Positions 1 to 8,317 of a DNA stretch of 64,000 bases are shown one piece after another. Within the stretch, counting starts at the first letter, position 1. Each line of letters starts with the position of its first letter. Both the position numbers and the translations under genes were made by a program. The stretch lies in IMG/VR virus record IMGVR_UViG_3300046460_000097; one strand, written 5' to 3'. Source of the stretch: a virus. Its lineage: Duplodnaviria; Caudoviricetes. The notes under the pieces are model-generated. The model had not been told where the DNA came from. It worked only from the letters and a program-made list of their open reading frames with translations, and made no database searches.

Positions 1-2
1 GG

Positions 3-920
3 ATTAAGCCTAAGGGTCGTGCTGATACACCGGATGACATGTGGGCAAAGATTGGCAGCCTGCAGTTGGGTGATGAAGTTATCGACCGTTACGGCAATGT
101 GTGTAACGTGATCGGTGTACACCCTCAAGGGTTGAAGCGACTGTACCGGGTTTACGCCAGCGACGGTCGTTACGTCGATGCCGGTCCTGAACATCTGTGG
201 ACAATGGGTGACCATTCTCGCAAGGTTAACGAAGAACCGATCTGGGATGACTACACCACTGCTGAGATGCTGACCAAGCACAATCAGAAAGTGAAGATGG
301 AGTTCCCCCTCATCGATCCTGAGTTGGGCAAGAAGAAGACATTGGCTATTGACCCCTACGTCATGGGGACATTGGTCAGTGGTAGTCGTGTTGGTGGCAA
401 GATTGTTATTCGCAAGGTCTCTGAACAGGCAGACGAATACATTCAAGCCAACCTGCCTGATGGGCTGGAGCTGATTTGCAAGGGTAGTCGTCGTACTATC
501 CAGATGATCGAAGAAGGCAAGGAGATTGTCTTCGATCCAGAGATGGGGGTTCCCGCACACTACCTCGAAGGGGCTCTGCAAGACCGCCTAACGCTGTTAC
601 AAGCGTTTCTCGATCAAGGGGTCATCACTGAGGAGGGTGTGGCGTATCGTTCTGCTAGCCGCATTATAAGCGGACACATCCAATACCTCGCTCGTGGTCT
701 TGGTGGTACTGCGCTGAAAGCAAACGGTAAGGTGACGGTTACCCTGCCTAATACGTTGGGTTACTTCAAGTTCAAGCATTCGACTGAGGATGAGTGGACC
801 TTCCCTAACCAGTTGTTCGTGGATCGCATCGAGTATCTCGGTGAGGCGCCTTGTACCTGCATTGAAGTGGACAACGAGGAGCATCTGTACGTTACCGATG
901 ACTTCTTGGTTACCCACAAC
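3..920 (+). mobile_element. Class-3-type intein (N-terminus upstream of window) with degenerate LAGLIDADG region
   Basis: Hint motifs IGSLQLGDEVI, GVHPQG, AGPEHLW; block F/G CTCIEVD...FLVTHN followed by Thr+1 (AAC ends at 920). Endonuclease remnants DPYVMGTLVSG and LLQAFLDQG. Confidence 0.88.
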
Positions 921-2705
921 ACTGTATCGGTGCAGGTGATCAAGTTCTGGTTGACGTTCATCATGGGTCGAGGCTACAAGTCTCACTTGGTTACCCTGAA
1001 GAGTGATAACCGGGCTCAGTTCATCGATGCCATCAAGAAGATCCGAACCTGTCTGCCGAAGTATCTGGTTAACCCAACCTACAAGGACAAGGACGCAGGT
1101 ACTTACCTGACGTACAAAGCCTTCGGTGACGATCAGGTGAATACCCTGACCATCTCCGTACCTCAGATGGGTGAAGCGGCTGCAGGCGACTTGGGACGGG
1201 GTCTCACGGTAGGTACCACGAACTATGACGAACCGGGATACATCTCCTGGATTGAGTCGATCATCAACGGTTGCTCTCCTTCTGCTTTGACAGAGATGGA
1301 GCTTTGCCGTGAAGCGGGTATTCCGTACGGGATCAACTACATCACGACACCGAACACGACATTGCATCCAAGCGGTGCGTTCATGTTCGAGAAACTGATG
1401 TCCTCGACGGAGTGGCGTGAGAAGTTCTTCGACTCGTACAGCGAGAGCCATCTGAAAGCCCGTCTGTTGCGTGCCTCGCCTAAGAAGACAACTTCGCCTT
1501 CTGTGGCCATGGTGTACAACTACCTGCAACTGGGTAAAGACAAAGAGTGGGTTAAGGAGACGATTGACTCCCTCGGTCTGTCGTTGGCTAAGGCCAAGAT
1601 CGACTTGCTCCTCATGTGGGTGGAAGACGGTGAGAACCGTTTGTTCGACGACATTACTCGTGAAGCGATCAACAACGTTAAGCGGGATAAGGTCTGGAGT
1701 AAGGAGTTCAGAAGTAGCGGGTTGTTCGTGGACTTCTTTGTCACGCAACAACAGCTGATGGAGATGGGCAAGAAGGAGCACAACGACTACTTCCTCATCG
1801 GGGTGGATACGTCGCAGGCTATCAACAAGGACGCCTGTACGTTGATTATCCGCAGCATGCGCTCGGGTAAGGTGATAGGGGTAGGACGGTTTGCACTGGC
1901 GTTCCTGGATGACGTGACCGCGATCATTGTCGACATGCTGGAGACTCTCAACAACAGCCTGCTGATTATCGAACGCAACTACGCTCACCACATGATCGAT
2001 AACCTGTTGATCATGCTGCCAGCCAAAGGGATGGATCCGTTCACTCGGATTTACAACACGGTCTTCCAAGACCCTGTTAACAACCCTAAGGAATACGAAG
2101 CCGTTCAACACACCAAGTTCGCACACCGTACCAAGAACTTCTACTTGAAGTACAAGCAGTACTTTGGCTTCAACACCACCTCTACGTCGCGTCAAGTGCT
2201 GTACGGGCTGATTCAGGAAGCGGTCGGTATCACCGGCTACGGAATCAACTACGACAGGCTAGCGGACGAGCTGATCAACCTGCGTACTAAGTCGGACCGC
2301 ATTGACCACGACACCAAGCAACACGATGACTTGGTCATTGCATGGCTGTTGACGTACTGGTTCATCAAGCTGGGGGCTAACAAGCCGATGTACGGTATCC
2401 CTACTGGGATTGCCTTGACGGATACCCGCAACCTATTGGAAGTGGGCAAGACTAAGAATGCTCCTGATGTTGACCCGAGCATCCTGCAGTTTGTTGATAG
2501 CGTGAGAACACGTGTCGCTAAGCTGACGGATGAACTGCTCAATACCAACGACAACATTCTGGCCATGCGTCTGGAAGCAGAGATACACAAGCTGACGAAG
2601 CTGCTACCAGTCGAAACTGTTAAGCTGTTGACTGTCGACGACCTGTTGGCGGATGCCAAGCTACAACGCAACAAGCGGATGCTACAAAACCGAAGAGCAG
2701 CATAA
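3..2705 (+). CDS. terL: Terminase large subunit (5' partial) containing an intein
   Basis: Frame is open from the window start. After the intein end (VTHN|T) come a Walker-B-like segment (RGLTVGTTNYDEPG) and RNase H-like nuclease motifs (FLIGVDTSQ, HDDLVIAWL). Length and position fit phiKZ-type terminases. Confidence 0.85.
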   Translation: MKPKGRADTPDDMWAKIGSLQLGDEVIDRYGNVCNVIGVHPQGLKRLYRVYASDGRYVDAGPEHLWTMGDHSRKVNEEPIWDDYTTAEMLTKHNQKVKMEFPLIDPELGKKKTLAIDPYVMGTLVSGSRVGGKIVIRKVSEQADEYIQANLPDGLELICKGSRRTIQMIEEGKEIVFDPEMGVPAHYLEGALQDRLTLLQAFLDQGVITEEGVAYRSASRIISGHIQYLARGLGGTALKANGKVTVTLPNTLGYFKFKHSTEDEWTFPNQLFVDRIEYLGEAPCTCIEVDNEEHLYVTDDFLVTHNTVSVQVIKFWLTFIMGRGYKSHLVTLKSDNRAQFIDAIKKIRTCLPKYLVNPTYKDKDAGTYLTYKAFGDDQVNTLTISVPQMGEAAAGDLGRGLTVGTTNYDEPGYISWIESIINGCSPSALTEMELCREAGIPYGINYITTPNTTLHPSGAFMFEKLMSSTEWREKFFDSYSESHLKARLLRASPKKTTSPSVAMVYNYLQLGKDKEWVKETIDSLGLSLAKAKIDLLLMWVEDGENRLFDDITREAINNVKRDKVWSKEFRSSGLFVDFFVTQQQLMEMGKKEHNDYFLIGVDTSQAINKDACTLIIRSMRSGKVIGVGRFALAFLDDVTAIIVDMLETLNNSLLIIERNYAHHMIDNLLIMLPAKGMDPFTRIYNTVFQDPVNNPKEYEAVQHTKFAHRTKNFYLKYKQYFGFNTTSTSRQVLYGLIQEAVGITGYGINYDRLADELINLRTKSDRIDHDTKQHDDLVIAWLLTYWFIKLGANKPMYGIPTGIALTDTRNLLEVGKTKNAPDVDPSILQFVDSVRTRVAKLTDELLNTNDNILAMRLEAEIHKLTKLLPVETVKLLTVDDLLADAKLQRNKRMLQNRRAA

Positions 2706-2714
2706 ACCAGCCAT

Positions 2715-2748
2715 AACCCTACCCAGTCCTTTCGGGCCGGGTAGGGTT
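2715..2748. terminator. Bidirectional hairpin between convergent genes (hairpin plus TATGGCTG family)
   Basis: AACCCTACCC / GGGTAGGGTT inverted repeat. CAGCCATA at 2708-2715 reads TATGGCTG on the minus strand. Confidence 0.75.
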
Positions 2749-2769
2749 TAGCTTTGCTACATAAAATAT

Positions 2770-3450
2770 TTATACAGCGCCGTGTGTAACGGAGAGCTCG
2801 GAGATCACAGACATCGAACCGTCTTCTACCGGAGTATCGTCGGTGTAGTCAATCTGGTTGTAGACACCGCCGTGGAACTGGAGAACCTGATCCTGCCAAG
2901 AGTCATCCAACTTCCAAGACAGCTTGATGGAAGAGATACCCTTACACAGGACGTTGATCGACACAGACCCGTTGGAGGTCACGCCAATGCTGAGTTTAAA
3001 CGTAGCGCCCAAAGGCACATCGTTATGGATCACAGTGTTGACGATTTCAGGGTTGGTGAAACTACGACGGAAGCCAATCGTAATCTTGCCCTTGTTCCAG
3101 AACACCTTCAGCGGAGGAGTGGTAGCATCCTTGACATGGATCTGTCCGATAACTACCTTCTGGGCCGAGTTGACTTTGCCGAGGGTGATCTCTTGGCGAC
3201 TCCAGTGACGCGCTGCGGAGTTCAAAGCCCAGTACTCAGGCTCTTTCCATTCGCAGCGGGTACGCTTGGTGCTCTTGCTCGAAGCGCCTTTGGTAGGAGC
3301 AGTGAACAGAACAGCACCCGTAGGCCACTGGCTGATTACTGTAGGGCATTGCACGAGTGCAAGGTCGCCCATGAGTTCCAGAGCCACCGGGTTCGTATCA
3401 GAAACCGGCAGAGGTGTTGCGATGAGGAACTTGGTGATATCAACCGACAT
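2770..3450 (-). CDS. Polysaccharide lyase family 7 (alginate lyase-like)
   Basis: PL7 motifs RTRCEWKE (RxELRE-like), IGQIH, and FHGGVYNQ (YFKAGxYxQ-like); 226 aa; no evident signal peptide. Confidence 0.85.
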   Translation of the reverse strand: MSVDITKFLIATPLPVSDTNPVALELMGDLALVQCPTVISQWPTGAVLFTAPTKGASSKSTKRTRCEWKEPEYWALNSAARHWSRQEITLGKVNSAQKVVIGQIHVKDATTPPLKVFWNKGKITIGFRRSFTNPEIVNTVIHNDVPLGATFKLSIGVTSNGSVSINVLCKGISSIKLSWKLDDSWQDQVLQFHGGVYNQIDYTDDTPVEDGSMSVISELSVTHGAV

Positions 3451-3736
3451 GGTTCTTATCCAGGAAGGCGATCATTTCGCCCTTGCTACGGCCGTTGAAG
3501 CTGTTGCCGAGTTTGTCGAATGGAACACCAGCCTGCAGGTCGAGGAAGGCGGTACGCGCCAGCAGCGGGCTGCGATAGAAACGAGCACTCTCGTTGTCGA
3601 CTGCGGTGTCTGCGTTCAACTGCGCCAGCATGTACACTTCGCTGGTGCGTTCTTTACCGTATGGCAAGTGTGTCTTGGCTGCCACGAACTTTTCGGTACG
3701 CTGAATGATTTGAATTTCAGTGTTAGGGGTAGACAT
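3440..3736 (-). CDS. Hypothetical protein (98 aa)
   Basis: Co-oriented ORF overlapping the lyase start; codon usage fits neighbours. Confidence 0.7.
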   Translation of the reverse strand: MSTPNTEIQIIQRTEKFVAAKTHLPYGKERTSEVYMLAQLNADTAVDNESARFYRSPLLARTAFLDLQAGVPFDKLGNSFNGRSKGEMIAFLDKNHVG

Positions 3737-3745
3737 GCCGCTTCC

Positions 3746-5122
3746 TTACTCGTAATAGTCTTTGGAAAGGATCCGCAAAACGATGTACAGACTCAACGCT
3801 GTGCGAATCAGTTGAACGGTTTGTTGGGTTTTAACGCCGGTTTGCTCTTTGATGATGTCATCACCAATAGTGCGAATTACTTTGACCGTGTCGTTCTTAC
3901 TTCGAGGAGCACCATAGGCGCCGCGCATCTTGGTAAGTACATCGTAGACGTTGGTCTTCTTGATACCATTAGCATGCAGGTATTCAAACATGTGCATGAG
4001 AACGGCATCGGCGAACTCTTTGTACTGGGGCTTCTTCGGGTTGTTGTACAACGCAGGGAAGCGCTGAATCACATACGCCAACTTGTCCCGTGGTACGTTT
4101 TCCAAGGCGTTGGCCGAATAGGTAATCAGCTCTTCCTTGTAGAACGAGGTTTCTTCGGTGAGGATGCGATCGAGGTACAGGCTCAGCTGGGTTACTTCCT
4201 TGGTCTGAGACTTCAGACTGAGTTCGTCCCCCAAGTTAACCTTGGCCCCATCGGTCTTCACGATGTTGGTTTTGTTCTTCACGTCGTGGAATACCTTGTT
4301 GATGTCGTTAATCGCACGACGCAACCGGTTCTGGATATCGCCGACCATGTAAACGATCTTCTTGTCGTCATCCATTTTGGAGAACGCATCGAAGTGGATA
4401 CCAGTCTTCGGGTTGATAATGAACTCAGCCCGAGCCTCGATCAGCATACGCCAGCTACCGTACCGCTTGATATCGTACTTCAGACTCAAACGGTTGTAGG
4501 TTTCCAGTACCACTTCTTTCCGTGCCATGAACGGATAGTCGTTGTGAATGATCGAAGTCAAACACTTGTAGTGGTACATGCACACCAAGTCAATCAGCGC
4601 TTGGTGTTTGTCTTTTGGGTCCAGCTTGGACTTGTAGACACGATGCATCAGGTACGGAATAGTCAGGTTGAATGTATCGCCTACTACACTCCATTCCTTG
4701 TTCACAGCTTTGGCTGCGTGGAGGTTCTCTTTGAGTTCCTCCTCATCCACGTCGAAGATCTCGGAGAACCACTGGTTCCGATCCGCCGTGGTGAAGGTGA
4801 TCTTGTGCAAACCAAGGTACGGAGAACCGAAGAACTCCATGTGGTCTACCAACCCGACCTTACGGGTGATGAACGCATAAACATAGCGTCGCAGTTGCAG
4901 AGCCCACTTAGGGGTGATCTCCAGATAAGTGGAGAATCGGTCACACACTTCGAGGATAGCGTTGTTGCTATCGAAGTTAACACCAGACAGCAGCGCCTCG
5001 TTACCGGTAACACCTTGGATCTCGCTTGGGTGCAACGGCTCCAGATACAACCCACCCTTGGCTAGCAATGAGTGTTCTTCGAGCCCTTCGAACAAACTGA
5101 AAATATCAAGAAACGCGGTCAT
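3746..5122 (-). CDS. Conserved jumbo-phage virion protein (458 aa)
   Basis: Long biased-codon ORF. The N-terminus carries G-x-E motifs (EGLE, TGNE) like those in the head-protein propeptides elsewhere in the window. Confidence 0.65.
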   Translation of the reverse strand: MTAFLDIFSLFEGLEEHSLLAKGGLYLEPLHPSEIQGVTGNEALLSGVNFDSNNAILEVCDRFSTYLEITPKWALQLRRYVYAFITRKVGLVDHMEFFGSPYLGLHKITFTTADRNQWFSEIFDVDEEELKENLHAAKAVNKEWSVVGDTFNLTIPYLMHRVYKSKLDPKDKHQALIDLVCMYHYKCLTSIIHNDYPFMARKEVVLETYNRLSLKYDIKRYGSWRMLIEARAEFIINPKTGIHFDAFSKMDDDKKIVYMVGDIQNRLRRAINDINKVFHDVKNKTNIVKTDGAKVNLGDELSLKSQTKEVTQLSLYLDRILTEETSFYKEELITYSANALENVPRDKLAYVIQRFPALYNNPKKPQYKEFADAVLMHMFEYLHANGIKKTNVYDVLTKMRGAYGAPRSKNDTVKVIRTIGDDIIKEQTGVKTQQTVQLIRTALSLYIVLRILSKDYYE

Positions 5123-5133
5123 GGGAAATCCCT

Positions 5134-5979
5134 TTACATCCGACGTGGAACGGAGCGGCGTACGGAATCGTTTACACGCTGGCGGTCAGAGTACGCCATA
5201 CGCTTGGTCCATTCACCGGTGAGAAATTCTTCATACGAAGTCCAAGCATCGCGGTATTCGTTGATGTCGTCTTTGATGTCATCAAGAGGAACACCAGAAC
5301 GCAGGATCGCTTCTTGAGTAGGACGACGGCAAGCACGGTAGATGTAAGCCTTAACGGCGAAGCCTACCAACTTGGCGAAGTGTTCGTACTGACGAGTACT
5401 GATGCTGCTCATACCTTCGTCGAACTCTAGGATGCATTTCCCCGTCATGGAGAAGGTGCCCGAGTTCAGCCCGTAGATCACGAAGCAGTTGTTGCCCGTC
5501 ATGTGGATGTTGTTGTAGGTGATCGGCATGGAACGGCTAGGCGATAAAGAGTCAATCAGCCCTTGAGTCATGTCAGTCACCGAACCCTGTCCGCACATGG
5601 CGTTGGAGTTCATCGACATACCGAGCATACCGGTCGACGAGGTCATGGAACCCAAGTAGACTTCGGTTACCGAGATAATCTTGCGACCACCCGTAAGTAT
5701 GTCCGGCACGTTAACTTCTACGCAGCCGTTGCCGAGGTCTCGAATCGGAGCACCCGAGAAGTCGATGAGTTCAGTCTTACCGCCGTTGACGTTACAAGCA
5801 GGCAGTACGGTGCGGTGCAAAACCTTTTCGCGGATACCCTGTTCAACGGTGGTGTGGTTCACCATGTTGTACCAGTTGCCGGCGAAGTTACCATTGGGTT
5901 TTTCGAACGCCAACTTGAGGAGATAATCGTCGATGTCCGAGTTCATCACCCGGTTGATTGCATAGTCAACGCAACTCAT
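5134..5979 (-). CDS. Conserved virion structural protein, possibly neck/head-completion (281 aa)
   Basis: ORF in operon with 3746-5122. The neck-type role is inference only. Confidence 0.55.
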   Translation of the reverse strand: MSCVDYAINRVMNSDIDDYLLKLAFEKPNGNFAGNWYNMVNHTTVEQGIREKVLHRTVLPACNVNGGKTELIDFSGAPIRDLGNGCVEVNVPDILTGGRKIISVTEVYLGSMTSSTGMLGMSMNSNAMCGQGSVTDMTQGLIDSLSPSRSMPITYNNIHMTGNNCFVIYGLNSGTFSMTGKCILEFDEGMSSISTRQYEHFAKLVGFAVKAYIYRACRRPTQEAILRSGVPLDDIKDDINEYRDAWTSYEEFLTGEWTKRMAYSDRQRVNDSVRRSVPRRM

Positions 5980-6354
5980 ATGAATAGTCTCGTTTGGGTG
6001 AGTGGAAGTGGTCTATAGCATTTCAAAAACCACCGTGAACGTCGGGGAGGAAGACCTTCCAAAATCGCCTGTAAAAGTAGATCTGTTAAAACTGGTGGGT
6101 CAGCTTGTCCGACGGGGTGAAAACCTTGCCAAGAGCTTCGTAGGGCCCTTAGCGGAGATTCTGAGTGGGTATCTGGAGGTGGGTTTCCATCTTCAGGAAT
6201 AAGAACCTAATTGATTTTCCATCTACCTATATATTTTATTTGGTGGCTGCGCCGGGGCGCCGGGGGTAGATGTTTATTTTTGCTTTTCACTTCCCTTCGG
6301 GAACAGTAGGCGAAAATGGAATAAACTTTTGTGGTTAATTTCTTCGCTTTTTCG

Positions 6355-6504
6355 TTCCCTTCTCTATTACGCGTGCGCACGCGCTCCGTGCGCTAAAGAA
6401 CCTATAAATATATTTATATATTTATTATTCTTTATTGCTTTTACTGCTTTTAAAAAGCATGGAAACGCCTGCGCGTGTACGCACACGAGGTAAACAGAAG
6501 GGAA
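6355..6504. repeat. Long imperfect inverted repeat enclosing an AT-rich core
   Basis: Arms TTCCCTTCT / AGAAGGGAA, CACGCGC / GCGCGTG and TCCGTGC / GCATGGA; perfect palindromes at 6370-6383 and 6403-6418. Confidence 0.75.
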
Positions 6505-6639
6505 GAATATCTCAGACCTAAATTATCAGGGTGACAGGTAGAAATATTAAATCACTTGCGAAATGATTTATAGATTATACCACGGATTCGCGTTTTGTAC
6601 CAGAAATTAATCGATGTATTGTATACGGAGCACTGAAAC

Positions 6640-7203
6640 ATGACGACAGTGTGTTACGACGGGCAACACATGGTCAGCGACTCACAGAGTACGTTCGGCC
6701 AGATGAGTAGTCTTACCCCTTTCCAGAAAATCCATACACCCGAAGAGGGCGACTACTGGGAAGTGAACGGTGTCAAGGCAATCGTGTTTGGCATTTCGGG
6801 GAATGCCATGGCGGTTGAGAACCTCAAGGAGAAACTCCGCGAGAACCTGACCTACAAGACTCGGTTCAACGAGGAGGAGATGCAGTTCTCCACGATCATC
6901 GTCGATGAGAACGGCCGGACCTATCGCTGGAACTGCAACAAGACTCGCACTCGCCCAATGGAGATTCTGGAACTCCTGCCCACCATGCCCCCTGTGGCGG
7001 TAGGTTCTGGTTACCAGTTCGCCATGGGTATCCTCGCTATCGGCAAGGACGCGAAGTCTGCTGTGAAGACAGCGATCCGTTTGGACCCTCACTCCGGTGG
7101 GGAACTCCAAGTCTGGGAATTCCCGGGCAAACCTGACAAACCTTCGGTTCGACCTGCAAAGGCCAAACCCACTGCCAAGAAATCCGCTGGAGCAAAAGCA
7201 TGA
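6640..7203 (+). CDS. Ntn-hydrolase, HslV/proteasome-beta-like peptidase, paralog 1
   Basis: N-terminal Thr (MTTVCYDG), SDSQ, QKIH, GISG, AVGSG and DPHSGG motifs. Confidence 0.8.
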   Translation: MTTVCYDGQHMVSDSQSTFGQMSSLTPFQKIHTPEEGDYWEVNGVKAIVFGISGNAMAVENLKEKLRENLTYKTRFNEEEMQFSTIIVDENGRTYRWNCNKTRTRPMEILELLPTMPPVAVGSGYQFAMGILAIGKDAKSAVKTAIRLDPHSGGELQVWEFPGKPDKPSVRPAKAKPTAKKSAGAKA

Positions 7204-7763
7204 CCACGATAGCCTACGACGGCTCGCTACTGGTAAGTGATTCGGCCATGACGGTCGATAGCACCATGTATCCTGCCGCCTTCCGCAAGATCTACACACC
7301 CGAGGAAGGAGAGTACTGGGATATCAACGGGGTTCGTATCCTGGCTTTCGGTCATGCGGGTGACGTTGAGACCATTCACTTGGTCAAGGAAGCTCTGGCC
7401 GACGGGATCACCTACAAGACCACTCTCGACGCGCCGAACATGGGTTTCTCAACCATCATGATCGACGAGAACGGTTTGGCTCACATGTGGTTGTTCTCGA
7501 ACAACAAGGGTCAGGACAGTTACACCCTGCTCCCGATGTTGCCTCCGGTAGCGGTTGGTTCGGGTAGCGACTTTGCCATGGCCGTAATGACCATCGGTAA
7601 GAGCGCCAAGGTGGCAGTGAAGGCATCCATCAAGTTGGATATCAACTCGGATGGTAATCTTCAGATCTTCGAATTCCCTGGAAGACCTGAGAAACCTTCA
7701 AAGCGACCAGAGATCGAGGCACCGACCTTGCCAGAGGCTGTGACCGAGAAAGGTGCTGACTAA
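7200..7763 (+). CDS. Ntn-hydrolase, HslV/proteasome-beta-like peptidase, paralog 2
   Basis: MTTIAYDG, SDSA, RKIY, GHAG, AVGSG, DINSDG; ATGA overlap with paralog 1; same length (187 aa). Confidence 0.8.
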   Translation: MTTIAYDGSLLVSDSAMTVDSTMYPAAFRKIYTPEEGEYWDINGVRILAFGHAGDVETIHLVKEALADGITYKTTLDAPNMGFSTIMIDENGLAHMWLFSNNKGQDSYTLLPMLPPVAVGSGSDFAMAVMTIGKSAKVAVKASIKLDINSDGNLQIFEFPGRPEKPSKRPEIEAPTLPEAVTEKGAD

Positions 7764-7952
7764 CGAAATTTATCTATCCTATGCGTGGACCTGTGAGTGC
7801 ACCTCCCTGAAGAAGATAGTTCGTTAGTGGTTCCGCGATGATAGTTTGGAGTACCTACTCGCACTGACCGGTCATGTCCCCCCGTTAGCATCCGGTCAGC
7901 CAGCAATCTATCGCTGGGAAAAACTCCACCTGTACAAACCTGCCCCCTATGG

Positions 7953-8000
7953 TGCCCAGACCCTCCTGCCGGGGTCTGGGTGCTGTGGGTTCTTTTTTTT
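7953..8000 (+). terminator. Intrinsic terminator
   Basis: CCCAGACCC / GGGTCTGGG stem followed by a T-rich tract. Confidence 0.7.
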
Positions 8001-8150
8001 GCATTTTGTTTTAACCGGAAGAGTTTATTTTATACTTGCCTACGTCGTGTCGTTTCCTTGGTTGGGTTTTGACATGCGTAGACATAGGGAGTGGGTCCGA
8101 AATTTACTTCCTGTAGCAGGTAACTCCTCTTCAAGCAATTGTTTCTTCGG

Positions 8151-8193
8151 AAACCCCCTTACTGGCTAACTATGCGGTAAGGGTTTATTTTTT
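8151..8193 (+). terminator. Hairpin plus T tract upstream of the phuZ promoter
   Basis: AAACCC(CC)TTACTG / CGGTAAGGGTTT stem followed by ATTTTTT. Confidence 0.55.
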
Positions 8194-8244
8194 ACTTGAG
8201 AGCCATTTTCTTAGGATGTAGGTAACGGGCTGAAATATTTCAGG

Positions 8245-8257
8245 CCTACATCATTAG
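8245..8257 (+). promoter_or_regulatory. Putative phage early promoter (CCTAYATYAY motif)
   Basis: CCTACATCATTAG preceded by ATTTCAGG, 60 nt before the phuZ ATG; one of six copies. Confidence 0.65.
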
Positions 8258-8317
8258 TGCGTAATCAGTAAATGATTGCACGAATTCATTAACGGTAACT
8301 TCAAAGAGAAAATTTAC

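Noticed and set aside
6002-6202. 66-aa ORF in the divergent intergenic region
   Set aside because: GTG start directly abutting the divergent gene's leader, no SD and no motif. It cannot be supported, though it is not excluded.
7807-7925. CTGAAGA resembling a hammerhead ribozyme core (CUGANGA)
   Set aside because: No stem II leading to a correctly placed GAAA and no cleavage triplet geometry.
7846-8169. 107-aa ORF across the post-peptidase region
   Set aside because: TTG start; it runs through a terminator and poly-T tracts; the hydrophobic translation reflects T-richness.
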